From: Nanobdellota archaeon
GTDB lineage: Archaea > Nanobdellota > Nanobdellia > Pacearchaeales > GW2011-AR1
DNA: 64,000 nt
Reading direction: 5' to 3'
Assembly: GCA_049324275.1 (NCBI GenBank)
Contig: JBMOLG010000001.1
Location: 47,606 to 111,605 of the forward strand
Made by a program: the position numbers and the translations under genes. Of the stretch, positions 29,708 through 39,756 are shown piece after piece. Each line of letters starts with the position of its first letter. Position 1 is the stretch's first letter. Under the pieces are notes generated by a model. It searched no databases. It worked only from the letters and a program-made list of their open reading frames with translations, and was not told where the DNA came from.

Positions 29708-29737
29708 GTTTATAAATATTAATCCTAAACTAATAAA

Positions 29738-30175
29738 ATGACAAAGGTAGTTTTTGAACAAAATCCTGTGGAATTTAATGCAAAATTAGTAGAAGAGCTT
29801 AAAAAAATCAAGGAATTTCAGATTCCCGAATGGTCTCTTTATGTTAAATCCGGAGTTTCAAGGCAAAGAGTTCCTGAAGATCCAGATTTTTGGTATAAAA
29901 GAGCTGCATCTATTTTAAGGCAACTTTATATTAAAGGAGTTATAGGGGTAAACAGGTTGAGAACAAGATATGGCTCAAGGAAAAACAGAGGAGTAAGGCC
30001 TGATAAATTTAAGAGAGCAAGCGGAAAAATTATCCGGACAATATTGCAACAAGCAGAATCAGCAAATTTAGTAGAAAAAGTTTCAAACCAGCAACATGGA
30101 AGAAGATTAACACCAAACGGAAGAAAATTTTTAGATTTAATCTCAGAAAAAACGAAAAATGGCAAAAAAGCATAA
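29738..30175 (+). CDS. rps19e: 30S ribosomal protein S19e
   Basis: WYKRAASILRQLYIKGVIGVNRLRTRYGSRKNRGVRP...GRRLTPNGRKFLD is the S19e pattern. Confidence 0.85.
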   Translation: MTKVVFEQNPVEFNAKLVEELKKIKEFQIPEWSLYVKSGVSRQRVPEDPDFWYKRAASILRQLYIKGVIGVNRLRTRYGSRKNRGVRPDKFKRASGKIIRTILQQAESANLVEKVSNQQHGRRLTPNGRKFLDLISEKTKNGKKA

Positions 30176-30368
30176 TCAAAAAAGCAAGAAAAAACATTTG
30201 GAAAAAGTCGGAAAGCAGACAAAATGGGCTCCATTTTGGGCAGTTATGAGAAAATTCGGCAATGGAAAAAAAGTTCATCCATCTTCAATAACCCATGTTA
30301 AAAGAAGCTGGAGAATAAGAAAATTAAAATTCAAGCCTAGAAGGGCTGTAAAGAATTATTTAGGTTAA
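30159..30368 (+). CDS. rpl39e: 50S ribosomal protein L39e
   Basis: Small basic protein (KWAPFWAVMRKFGNGKKV...VKRSWRIRKLK) in the conserved archaeal L39e-L31e order. Confidence 0.6.
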   Translation: MAKKHNQKSKKKHLEKVGKQTKWAPFWAVMRKFGNGKKVHPSSITHVKRSWRIRKLKFKPRRAVKNYLG

Positions 30369-30369
30369 A

Positions 30370-30909
30370 ATGGCAAAGACACAAGAGGAAAAAATTGAAT
30401 TAGAAAGGGAATATGTCATCCCATTAAGACGTAAGGTTCAAAAAGTTCCCAGATATAGAAGAGCAAAAAAAGCTGTAAAAGTCTTAAAAGAATTTTTGGC
30501 AAAAAATATGAAGGTTGAGGAAAGGGATTTTGGAAAAATAAAAATTGACAAATTCCTTAATCAAGAAATTTGGTTTAGAGGAATTAAGAATCCTCCTGCA
30601 AAAATAAAAGTTAAAGCAATTAAAAAAAATGGCATTGTTTATGCAGAGCTTGCAGAAATTCCTGAAAAGGTTAAATGGGATATAGAAAAAGAAAAGAAGA
30701 AAAAAGTTGAAATTAAAAAAGAAGATAAAAAAGAAACAGGAAAAGTTGAAGAGAAAAAAGAAATTACCAAAGAGACAAAGGAAAAAGAAGAAGCTGCGGT
30801 TGAGATGGGATTAAAAGAACAGAAATTAGAAGCTCATCAAATGAAACATGAAGCAAAGCCAAAACAAGCAAAAACTGAAGAGTTTCACAGAAAATCATTG
30901 AAGAAGTAA
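30370..30909 (+). CDS. rpl31e: 50S ribosomal protein L31e with a long Lys/Glu-rich C-terminal extension
   Basis: REYVIPLRRKVQKVPRYRRAKKAVKVLKEF...NQEIWFRGIKNPPAKIKV is the L31e core. About 90 extra KE-rich residues. Confidence 0.8.
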   Translation: MAKTQEEKIELEREYVIPLRRKVQKVPRYRRAKKAVKVLKEFLAKNMKVEERDFGKIKIDKFLNQEIWFRGIKNPPAKIKVKAIKKNGIVYAELAEIPEKVKWDIEKEKKKKVEIKKEDKKETGKVEEKKEITKETKEKEEAAVEMGLKEQKLEAHQMKHEAKPKQAKTEEFHRKSLKK

Positions 30910-31617
30910 TTAAATTATTCTAGGAAAAAGATTTTGCAGTAGAGATTTATTTTTTATGTATAAATCGCTTATAGATTCTAAACTTCTCGCATTCCCATTT
31001 CCAAATAGAATATCCGATGCTTTAAAGATTGGGCGAATATTTGGATTTGATAACACATAATCAGGAAGTTTTTTTTGATACTGAATATTCATATTTTCAA
31101 TTGATTCTGCTATTTTTTTGCTTAATGATTTGATTTTATTATTCGAATCTTCAGTATATTTTATAAAAGTCTTGCATTGAAAAGGCAGAAATGGATGAAT
31201 CCCACCGGTTTTATCAGTTAATTGGCCATAAGGGCTTCTCACGTCTGTCCTAAAAGCAACTACTGGAAGGCCCATTAGAGCGCTATAGCATATTTCAACA
31301 TTAACTCCACTGTCAATTGGTTCATCAAGATTTGCGACAATGATATCACTTTTTGGCAGATTATATCCGATGTCAAAAATGTAAATGATTGTGTTTACCG
31401 CCTGGCTTAATTCTTCTGGAGGCAATTTTCCATTTAACTTGTCAGATAATTTGTTGAATTCAAACCCATCTCGTTGAGGAAGAAAAACATTATATTTTTT
31501 TTCTAATTCATTAGCTAATTCCAAATTAAAAGATATTTCCCGCATACTAAACAGCGAAGCCGCAAAATAAATTTTGGTTTTTTCATTATTTCCGTTCATA
31601 AGACTAATGTCAAACAA
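30910..31617 (-). CDS. hypothetical protein (weak resemblance to nucleoside 2-deoxyribosyltransferase-like fold)
   Basis: KIYFAASLFS...NVFLPQRDG resembles the YFAG...LPQ pattern. Weak. Confidence 0.3.
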   Translation of the reverse strand: MFDISLMNGNNEKTKIYFAASLFSMREISFNLELANELEKKYNVFLPQRDGFEFNKLSDKLNGKLPPEELSQAVNTIIYIFDIGYNLPKSDIIVANLDEPIDSGVNVEICYSALMGLPVVAFRTDVRSPYGQLTDKTGGIHPFLPFQCKTFIKYTEDSNNKIKSLSKKIAESIENMNIQYQKKLPDYVLSNPNIRPIFKASDILFGNGNARSLESISDLYIKNKSLLQNLFPRII

Positions 31618-31636
31618 TAGTTTAAATTGTTTTATA

Positions 31637-32602
31637 TTATGGAAAATAATTTAGAATGCCTTCTTCAAAAATCAATAAGGATTCATGTTTCTTGATAAAA
31701 TTTGAGAATTTTTCTTTTATTTCGTCCAAAATTTTTCTGAATTCATCCACATCTTTAACCTCCATTTCTATAGACAAATCGTAATATCCAATTGTTTTTG
31801 TTGCCCAAATTATATTTGGATTTTGCTTAAAGTATAAAAGAAGTTTCTGAAAATTTTCCGGATTAATATTTTTCAAAGAAAACCAAACCTTGTAAAATTT
31901 ATAGCCCATTTTTGAGAAATCAACCAAAATCCTTGAACCTTGTATTATTTGTTCTTTCTCTAACTTTTTAATTTTGTAAGAGATATTCTTAGGGTTCATC
32001 TTTAATTCATCTGCGATCTCTATTAACGGTTTTCTTGCTTTTGACGACAAGATCTTCAAAAGCTTATAGTCCAATTCATCAAGTTTAATCTTTTGTGAAT
32101 CATTCTGTCCTGTCGTTACGGTTTCATTTGAGGGTTTATTAAGCCAAAAACCTCTTTTAAAATAATAAATCTCTGTTGTGATTAAAATATGTTTTTCACC
32201 AATATATTCGTCAAACTTAGAATAGAACTCATCTAAAAACTTCTTTATCTCAAAATTATTTTTAGCAATCAAAGCAAGATTAATGTCCCAATTCCCCTCG
32301 CTCTTTGTCAGCCATGAAACAAACTTATTCTTTTTCAAAAAATCATAAATTTTATTTTCAATTTCAGGGTTTGTATTCTGATATCTTATCAGCATAGGGT
32401 AAAACTGATATCCAAGCTTGTAAATATCCACTTCTGTTAAATAATTTTTGATTATCCCCAATTTCTCAAGATTTTTCATACGATGAAAAACAGTCTCTTT
32501 TTTCAGCCGAACTTTCTTTGCAATCTCCTGCAGAGATTGCCTGCTGTCCTGTTCAAGCTCATAGAGTATTCTTCGATTTTTCAAATCTAAATTTTCTATC
32601 AT
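31637..32602 (-). CDS. Lrp/AsnC-family transcriptional regulator with two tandem HTH-RAM modules
   Basis: LDLKNRRILYELEQDSRQSLQEIAKKV...LEKLGII and a second copy LDELDYKLLKILSSKARKPLIEIADEL...LEKEQII. Confidence 0.75.
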   Translation of the reverse strand: MIENLDLKNRRILYELEQDSRQSLQEIAKKVRLKKETVFHRMKNLEKLGIIKNYLTEVDIYKLGYQFYPMLIRYQNTNPEIENKIYDFLKKNKFVSWLTKSEGNWDINLALIAKNNFEIKKFLDEFYSKFDEYIGEKHILITTEIYYFKRGFWLNKPSNETVTTGQNDSQKIKLDELDYKLLKILSSKARKPLIEIADELKMNPKNISYKIKKLEKEQIIQGSRILVDFSKMGYKFYKVWFSLKNINPENFQKLLLYFKQNPNIIWATKTIGYYDLSIEMEVKDVDEFRKILDEIKEKFSNFIKKHESLLIFEEGILNYFP

Positions 32603-32770
32603 GAAACAAAATGACTATTTTAGTATATAAATTTTTCTTTTTGTTAAAAATTTTCTAGCAAAATCTTTAATAAATTTGTTAAATTTGTTACTATTAATTA
32701 GAAACAAAAATATTATAAAAAATGAAGCACGACGCAATGACGCAGGCCAAAAGGTCAACAACGGAGGAAA

Positions 32771-33130
32771 ATGAAAATGGTTAATTGTAGAAATGAAAAT
32801 TCAGAAAGATGTAACGAAAGAAAACAAAAGTTTACAAGTTTCAGAGACAACGATAAATATACTTTAGTTGTAAATTGCAAATTTCCTGAAGAGTGTAAAA
32901 GTTTATGTCCAGTTTATGATGTCTATGTAAATGATAGCTTATATTTATCAAGAGTAAGTTTTGAATTTTTAAGTCCTGTAAAAGAAACAATAATAGGTAC
33001 AATTCATGATGATAGAATGGGTAGATTGCACAAAGTATTTGAGTATTATAATCAGCATGGACTCGTAGATGGCGAATACCCTCAAAAGAATGAACCTTTT
33101 GTTCCAGGAGTTGACTTTGATGACTATTAG
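32771..33130 (+). CDS. hypothetical Cys-containing protein
   Basis: 119-aa ORF preceded by GGAGG. Eight Cys residues. Confidence 0.4.
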   Translation: MKMVNCRNENSERCNERKQKFTSFRDNDKYTLVVNCKFPEECKSLCPVYDVYVNDSLYLSRVSFEFLSPVKETIIGTIHDDRMGRLHKVFEYYNQHGLVDGEYPQKNEPFVPGVDFDDY

Positions 33131-33376
33131 TGATTCATATTATAATTTTTATTTTTTCTTTTATTTTTTAAGCTTAAGCGAGTAAAGAAATTTCCTAACT
33201 AGCTCCCCGAGAAGATCCTCAAAAAGTAATAAAATAAATCATAATAGGCAATACTAATTTAATATAATCCTTATATTTAATTTATTTTTTTCTTTTTGTT
33301 AAAAATATTAAAAGAAATTTTTAATAATATTCAAGTTGTCATTATTGTTAAGAAGTAAATCTTCTCGAAGAATAAG

Positions 33377-33997
33377 ATGGAAGACATAAAAGAAAAAATT
33401 GAAAGAAACATAGATTCTGAGACTATCTGGCTGATTGATAACTTCAGAACTTTTTGTGCCCCTCATGATGATAGTTATAATCTTGCAATCAATGGCTTGA
33501 CCGACAATGGTAAACCTTTTCCGGAATATGCAGAAATATTAAAAAATTCTCAGATAATCAATATCGGTTGTGGCCATGACCTTGATTCAGCGAAACTTTC
33601 AGATTTTCTTTTCAAGGCATTTAAGATCTCCAAATACCTTGGTGTTGACCCTTACTCAGAAAATTTATGGGATTTACCTAACAAAGAAAAGATAGATGGC
33701 CTCGGTTATCTTGTTAAACAATCCGACAACTCTGCAAATATTATTACCTTTGGATTAGACACTTTCATAATACAAAACAAATCTTATGCTGAAAAGTTAG
33801 TTGGCGAAATATTTCGAGTAGTTCCTGAAGATGGGATCTATCTAAGTAGCGGTTCTACATTTCTTGAAATCTATGCAGACAAGCTTTTTCCCATCAAAAA
33901 TGAACTTGGGTATAATCTTCAGACTTACATGAAAAAACCAACTAAATCTCTGAAAGTAACAGATGCACTTAATACTTATTGTAAGGAGGTAAAATAA
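33377..33997 (+). CDS. hypothetical protein
   Basis: 206-aa ORF, first of three tightly packed unknown genes. Confidence 0.4.
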   Translation: MEDIKEKIERNIDSETIWLIDNFRTFCAPHDDSYNLAINGLTDNGKPFPEYAEILKNSQIINIGCGHDLDSAKLSDFLFKAFKISKYLGVDPYSENLWDLPNKEKIDGLGYLVKQSDNSANIITFGLDTFIIQNKSYAEKLVGEIFRVVPEDGIYLSSGSTFLEIYADKLFPIKNELGYNLQTYMKKPTKSLKVTDALNTYCKEVK

Positions 33998-33999
33998 AA

Positions 34000-34230
34000 A
34001 TGGAAAATAGTAAACTTATCGAAACAATTGAAAAATTAGAGAACAAAGCTAAGAACTTGGAACAATCCAAATCAACCGGCAATCTTCAACAGATTGCTCG
34101 TGCATATTTTAATGCAGGAATCTTGAGCGAAAGAGTCGGATTAAAAGAAAAAGCACAATTAAACTATGCTAACGCCTCAAGATATGTACTTGAATTAGCT
34201 AAAGATGTTTATGCCGGAGCTTTTCAATAA
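34000..34230 (+). CDS. hypothetical small protein
   Basis: 76-aa ORF starting 3 nt after the previous stop. Confidence 0.35.
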   Translation: MENSKLIETIEKLENKAKNLEQSKSTGNLQQIARAYFNAGILSERVGLKEKAQLNYANASRYVLELAKDVYAGAFQ

Positions 34231-34250
34231 TTTTATTTTTAGTTAGATAA

Positions 34251-34619
34251 ATGGAAAACATAGAAGAAAAAATATATCAAGAATTGAAAAATGGTTCGAA
34301 AGAGATCTATGACGAAGGAATTTACATAATTCAAAACGGAATAGAAATAGGAGGGCATATTGAAACAAGACATTATAATGCAATGCTTGCTATCCCGGAG
34401 GCATACCAAATTGCTGAAGCAGAACTTGATGATGTAGATTGCGCAGAGAATGCAATTTTCAGATACATAAAATATCAATCAAAAGCAATTACGGCAATAA
34501 CAAATGCTTATTCAAGATACATAAGAGAAACAAGTTTAACAGAAAAAGATAAATCAGAAATTTATGATGTATTTAGAATTTTCTTGCCTAGTATAGATGT
34601 GAGCAATTTAAGTCTATAA
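34251..34619 (+). CDS. hypothetical protein
   Basis: 122-aa ORF. Confidence 0.35.
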   Translation: MENIEEKIYQELKNGSKEIYDEGIYIIQNGIEIGGHIETRHYNAMLAIPEAYQIAEAELDDVDCAENAIFRYIKYQSKAITAITNAYSRYIRETSLTEKDKSEIYDVFRIFLPSIDVSNLSL

Positions 34620-34665
34620 TTGTTATAATATGAAGTTCTTAAATTATTGAATTAATGAAAATTAT

Positions 34666-36012
34666 TTATTGTAATTCTTTTTTTAATATATTTTTTAAAG
34701 CCCTTATATTTCCTTCTTTTTCTGCGATTTCTTTTAGGAAAAGCTCTTTAGCTAATTTTATTCTTCTAGACATTTCTTCTTCTAATCTAGATCTAATTTC
34801 AAAGCTTAATTTTTCATATTTACATCCAAATTCTCTTTCGGCTGTTTTTATCTCCGCTTCTTTAATCTGATGTGGCATTAATTTTGCATCAAATAAGAGT
34901 AATTCTTGGACATGAGGATCTAATAATCTTTCATGCCTTCTAGATAAGTCTTCAAGAATGCTTTGTTTAAGCATTTTTAATGGGAAATTACATTCTATTG
35001 CAATTTCTTTTAGAGTTTTTACCCATTTATCCTTATCATTAATCCAATTTAATCCATTTAATCTTTCTTTTAATTTAATCGCAATGTCCTCGATTCTTAT
35101 AGCATTAATATCTGGGGGATGTTCCTGTTCTGTATAAATTCCTTTAAATAAATGAGGAGTATTTTGCCGTTGTTTATTCAACTTTCCGGATTTTGCCTTA
35201 TTAATATGCTGAATATCTTTTACATATGCAGGAAAATAATCTGATAACAAATCTTGGCCAAATTCTTCCAGGATAATTAATTTTTCTTCGTCAATCCCGT
35301 GTGATGTTTTTCTTTCAGCTTTTTCTTCAAGTTTTCTTTCTGAATCTTTTTGTTTTGCCTTTGCAATATAAGCCATAAGGCCTTTTCTTACTGCCATGTA
35401 TTTTTCATAAGCATTTCTAAATTCGCCATTGCCTTCTTTGAATCCCTTGCTTATAATTTCAAATTGTGGATTTATTTCTGATAATGCTTCAAAATAATCT
35501 TTGTTAAAAGGAGCGCAAACATTTCCTTTCAGCCAGTTTAAAATTGTATCCCAAGTTACGCATGAAGTATTTGTTTTTGAGGAATATTTTTGAATCAGCC
35601 CATAGGTTAAATCTGAATATGCAAGATATTCTTCAGTTGAAAAATCATCATTATTTTTTAGTATTTTATCTTCGTTTGAATCAAATCCCCTAAACAATAA
35701 ACATCTTAGTTTTGGAATCCAAATTCCATTATTATTTTTTTCAAAGAGCAATTTTTTCGCTTCCCTGTAATTTTCCGCACGTAATTCTAATGTTTCATCA
35801 ACTTTGTTCAAGGGAATCTTTATGTATTCTTTTCTGTATAATACAACGTCTCCCTTTTCCAGATATTTTCCGGTAATCTTTACATAAGTATCTCCCTGAG
35901 AAATGTAAACCGGCATATTCCCATCTATAAAAGTGTTTCCTGCATCTGTAATGATATTTAATAGAGTCATGTTACTATTTAATAGTAGAACTCTTTTTTT
36001 AAATTTTTGCAT
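34666..36012 (-). CDS. hypothetical protein (448 aa)
   Basis: Long ORF at the end of the valS-led same-strand gene string. No motif recognised. Confidence 0.45.
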   Translation of the reverse strand: MQKFKKRVLLLNSNMTLLNIITDAGNTFIDGNMPVYISQGDTYVKITGKYLEKGDVVLYRKEYIKIPLNKVDETLELRAENYREAKKLLFEKNNNGIWIPKLRCLLFRGFDSNEDKILKNNDDFSTEEYLAYSDLTYGLIQKYSSKTNTSCVTWDTILNWLKGNVCAPFNKDYFEALSEINPQFEIISKGFKEGNGEFRNAYEKYMAVRKGLMAYIAKAKQKDSERKLEEKAERKTSHGIDEEKLIILEEFGQDLLSDYFPAYVKDIQHINKAKSGKLNKQRQNTPHLFKGIYTEQEHPPDINAIRIEDIAIKLKERLNGLNWINDKDKWVKTLKEIAIECNFPLKMLKQSILEDLSRRHERLLDPHVQELLLFDAKLMPHQIKEAEIKTAEREFGCKYEKLSFEIRSRLEEEMSRRIKLAKELFLKEIAEKEGNIRALKNILKKELQ

Positions 36013-36046
36013 TAAAACATTAAAAAATTCAGATTAAATTATAATA

Positions 36047-36442
36047 TTACCAAAACTCTCTTTCTCCAATAAGTCCCGGATAAGTCCTGTTTTTGCGATT
36101 TGAATCATAATTTGGATAATTCATTCTCATCACAATTTTCTCTTCTTTTGCATATAATTCGTCTAATTTAGAAGAAATTAGACGATTATAATAAATTTCT
36201 TCGCGAGGGCTTGGCTTGCCAAAATATTCGCATTTTCTTGATTTTAGATTATGTTTATTAGCGATTAATTTTTTCATTGCAAATCCCCAATAGCATCTCC
36301 ATTCATTCTTTTCATTCTGGCACCATGGGCAAAAACTACAATATTTTGTAATATATTTGAATTTTCCATAAAACCTGCTCTTAGAACCAATTTGTTTCAT
36401 TTCTTCTGACAAGGCAAAATCTATCTCATTAAACATATTCAA
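36047..36442 (-). CDS. small Cys-rich (putative zinc-binding) protein, RCYWG family paralog 1
   Basis: KYCSFCPWCQNEKNEWRCYWGFAMK...RKCEYFGKP. Shares the RCYWG and C...YYG/YFG blocks with the next gene. Confidence 0.45.
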   Translation of the reverse strand: MNMFNEIDFALSEEMKQIGSKSRFYGKFKYITKYCSFCPWCQNEKNEWRCYWGFAMKKLIANKHNLKSRKCEYFGKPSPREEIYYNRLISSKLDELYAKEEKIVMRMNYPNYDSNRKNRTYPGLIGEREFW

Positions 36443-36692
36443 TAATTAATCTCTTTAGTTGATATTTTATATCTTTTGGCCGAGGATTCCCATAATATTG
36501 ACAGTTTCTAAATTTTTTTGGTTCATTCAGGACTTTCATGGTAATCCCCCAATAGCATCTTCTTTCATTTTTATCTTCTATATAAATATGCCATTCACAA
36601 TCATCGCAATCTTTTGTCAAATCTTTTGGAGTTCCACCAATCATTAGACTTATCGTGCCATTTTCTAATTCTTCTAAAGTATGAAGAACCAT
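36429..36692 (-). CDS. small Cys-rich (putative zinc-binding) protein, RCYWG family paralog 2
   Basis: DCDDCEWHIYIEDKNERRCYWGITMK...RNCQYYGNP. Starts 2 nt after the valS stop. Confidence 0.45.
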   Translation of the reverse strand: MVLHTLEELENGTISLMIGGTPKDLTKDCDDCEWHIYIEDKNERRCYWGITMKVLNEPKKFRNCQYYGNPRPKDIKYQLKRLIIEYV

Positions 36693-36693
36693 T

Positions 36694-39072
36694 TTAATTT
36701 ACAAGATTATGTGCAGAAATTAAATCTTTTTCAAATTTTTTTAGTTCAATAGGAATTTTTATTCCTGAAATCTCATTTCTTAAGCTTATTCCCTTTTCTT
36801 TTTTAATTTTCCAAATCAGGCTATTAAATTCAACTAAACTTTCGATTAATTTAAGATTAGATTTTCCTTTTTTTGATTTAGGAAATTCAATTGAGAATAA
36901 ATCAATCTTTATCTCATTTGCAATCGTGCCTGACAACATAGGAAGAATAGGATAAATCAGAGTTAATAATCTTTCAAGCAAATAATAAAGAGTATATTTG
37001 GCAGAATCACTTTCTTGTTTAGTAAATTTATTTTCCTGATTGTATGCTCTTGATTTAATAACTTCAATATAATGTGAGGCAAATAAGTCCCAGACAAATT
37101 TTCTTAATTCAATAGCAGGATGATAAAAATCGTATTTCTCGTAAGACTCTTCGGTCCTTGAAGTCAAATCTTCAATGTAATCTATGAATAGTTGATCTAA
37201 ATCTGCAATCTGTTTGACAATGGGCTTTTCAAATAAAAAAACAAATTTTGAAATGTTTAAAATTTTATTAATTGTTTTTAATTCTGCTTTGATTCTTTCT
37301 TCAGAACATTTTAAGTCCTGCTTGGATAAATCTCCTTCTATTGCAGACCAGAACCTTATAGCTTCTCCGCCATAATCTTTCAATAATTTTTGCGGGCTGA
37401 TGACATTGCCTTTTGATTTAGACATTTTTAATCCGTTTTCATCAACAATATGCTGATTAATCCAAACGTCATTAAAGCAAGATCTGCTTGTTTCCAAATA
37501 TCCCCTTAATAATGTGTAATAAAGCCAGGTTCTTATTATTTCCTTGCCCTGTGGCCTCAATGAAACAGGATAGGATTTATCAAAAAAATCTTTTTCCTGC
37601 CTATATTTGATCATGTATAATTCAGAAATAGATGAATCCATCCAAGTATCAAATACCCTTGTCTCGCCAATCCATTCTTTGTTAAAATCTTTTGCAAAGC
37701 CTAACTTTTTTCCGTTTTTGTAAACTTCAAAATCTTTTTCAGGGTTAACTTTCCAAGGCTCATGATATTTTCCTTCTTTTCCCAATGCAACCATATTTTC
37801 ATCATCTTTTGCATGCCATATAGGAATAGGGGTGGCATAGAATCTTCGTCGTGATATTGGCCATTCTATGGAAACAGATTCAATCCAATCAATTAATATT
37901 TTTTTAGATTCTTCTGGGTAAAAATTGATTTCATCAGAAATTTTTTTCATTTCTTTTTTGAATTCAATCTGCTTCAAATAAAATTCAGGCATTTCAATAA
38001 ATTCTATCTCTGCTCCAGATCTTTCTGAAACAGGCGTCCTATGCAAGATATTTTCCTGCTTGATTAAAAGATTTTTCTCCTTTAATTCGCAGATAATTTT
38101 CAGCCTTGCATCTTTTATTTTCAAGCCTTTCAAGAATCCTGCATTTTCATTCATAGTTCCATTTTTGTTTATTGCTATAACTGGCTTCAAATTTTGCTCT
38201 CTGAAAAATTGAATATCTGATAAGTCGCCTGCAGAACACATCATAACCAGGCCTGTTCCCTTGTCAATTTGCGCAATAGGGTGGGACTTGATTTTAATTT
38301 CTTTTCCAAACAAAGGAGAAATGACAGTTTTATTTTCTAAATGCTTATATCTTTTGTCTTCAGGATTAAAAATTACCATTCCACATGTGCAAATCAGTTC
38401 AGGACGTGTTGTTGCAATGATAATCTCTTCTTTTGTTTCCTTAACTTTCCATTTAACAAAATTAAATGTCGAAGGAATATCTTTATATTCAATTTCAGAA
38501 TCAGCAATTGTTGTCTGCAATTTTGTATCCCAGTTGTTGATGCGTATATCTTCAAAAACCAATCCTTTCTTAAATAAATCGATAAATGTAGCTTGCGTTA
38601 ATTTTCTGAATTCAGGAGAATCTGTTTTGTATACTGCACCGATATGATCTCCTTCTTTGTACGATGTAAATGAGATTCCCAATTTTGAAAAAGTATCCTG
38701 AGTTTCGGTACCTGCTTCATCCAATAGTTTTTTGCAGAGTTCAATAAATTTATCCCTTCCTAATTCCAATGCAGAGATGTTAAATTTTTTTTCAGCAGAA
38801 ATTTCAATAGGTAGCCCGTTATTGTCTAATCCTAATGGAAAAATTACCTGATTGCCTTTCATTCTTTTGTATCGCGCAAAAAAATCCATGTAGCAATAAG
38901 TAATTGCCTGGCCGATATGAATTGGAGCATTTACATAAGGCGGAGGGGTATCAATTGAGTAAGTTTTCTTTTTGCTTTTTGCATTGAAATTAAATCTTTC
39001 AGATTTTTTCCATTCTTCAGCAATTGGCTTTTCAATTTCAGCAGACCAATTTTTTATGTCTTTTAATTGCAT
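36694..39072 (-). CDS. valS: valyl-tRNA synthetase (class I aaRS; Val most likely, Ile/Leu not excluded)
   Basis: HIGQA (HIGH variant) after PPPYVNAPIHIGQA, KMSKSKGN, and the editing-domain region. 792 aa. Confidence 0.7.
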   Translation of the reverse strand: MQLKDIKNWSAEIEKPIAEEWKKSERFNFNAKSKKKTYSIDTPPPYVNAPIHIGQAITYCYMDFFARYKRMKGNQVIFPLGLDNNGLPIEISAEKKFNISALELGRDKFIELCKKLLDEAGTETQDTFSKLGISFTSYKEGDHIGAVYKTDSPEFRKLTQATFIDLFKKGLVFEDIRINNWDTKLQTTIADSEIEYKDIPSTFNFVKWKVKETKEEIIIATTRPELICTCGMVIFNPEDKRYKHLENKTVISPLFGKEIKIKSHPIAQIDKGTGLVMMCSAGDLSDIQFFREQNLKPVIAINKNGTMNENAGFLKGLKIKDARLKIICELKEKNLLIKQENILHRTPVSERSGAEIEFIEMPEFYLKQIEFKKEMKKISDEINFYPEESKKILIDWIESVSIEWPISRRRFYATPIPIWHAKDDENMVALGKEGKYHEPWKVNPEKDFEVYKNGKKLGFAKDFNKEWIGETRVFDTWMDSSISELYMIKYRQEKDFFDKSYPVSLRPQGKEIIRTWLYYTLLRGYLETSRSCFNDVWINQHIVDENGLKMSKSKGNVISPQKLLKDYGGEAIRFWSAIEGDLSKQDLKCSEERIKAELKTINKILNISKFVFLFEKPIVKQIADLDQLFIDYIEDLTSRTEESYEKYDFYHPAIELRKFVWDLFASHYIEVIKSRAYNQENKFTKQESDSAKYTLYYLLERLLTLIYPILPMLSGTIANEIKIDLFSIEFPKSKKGKSNLKLIESLVEFNSLIWKIKKEKGISLRNEISGIKIPIELKKFEKDLISAHNLVN

Positions 39073-39102
39073 ATCTGTTGGAGAAAAGAGGAATTTAAAA
39101 GA

Positions 39103-39438
39103 TTATCTATAATCAGATAATTCCCGAACATATATATTTTCTTTTGAAGCCTGTGGCAGAAAAAATGTATAAACAAAATTTGAATCTCTGTCTCTTAAGA
39201 CAAGTGCTGAAGGCTCTTTTGTATTTTCAATGATTTTTCTTAATCCATTAAAATCAATTTCCCCAGATTGATCTAATGGAACAGATTTTATTTTAATATC
39301 ATAAGGATATTGCGAATAACATTTTCTAAAGAAATGATTTGTAAAAACGGCGCATTGATAATTATTTGAATGAAGAACAGAAATTTCCAATAGCTGGATT
39401 ATTAATGTTAAGTTATTTTTTGATAATGTTATTTTCAT
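39103..39438 (-). CDS. hypothetical protein
   Basis: 111-aa ORF. Confidence 0.3.
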   Translation of the reverse strand: MKITLSKNNLTLIIQLLEISVLHSNNYQCAVFTNHFFRKCYSQYPYDIKIKSVPLDQSGEIDFNGLRKIIENTKEPSALVLRDRDSNFVYTFFLPQASKENIYVRELSDYR

Positions 39439-39454
39439 TTTATGAAATTTTTAA

Positions 39455-39718
39455 TTATTTCAAATATTTAACTTCATAAGAATTTCCATCATAGTAAATA
39501 TGAATTTCATTTTGTTCAATTTTCTTGTTATTATTCTCATCATTAATAATTATTTCAAGTGGATTTTTTTGTTCAATTGTTAATTCAAATTTGCCCGGCT
39601 TTATATATTTTTGATTAACATTTATGGAAGATTCAGAAGGGATAATGCTAAAAGTAACAATTACAAGAGCTAAATTTATTCCGGTATATGAAAGTTCTTT
39701 GATAAATTTTCTATTCAT
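39455..39718 (-). CDS. hypothetical small secreted protein
   Basis: 87 aa with N-terminal hydrophobic segment. Confidence 0.3.
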   Translation of the reverse strand: MNRKFIKELSYTGINLALVIVTFSIIPSESSINVNQKYIKPGKFELTIEQKNPLEIIINDENNNKKIEQNEIHIYYDGNSYEVKYLK

Positions 39719-39756
39719 CGAAGTTTATTTTGTTTTAATTTATAAGGCTTTCGAAA

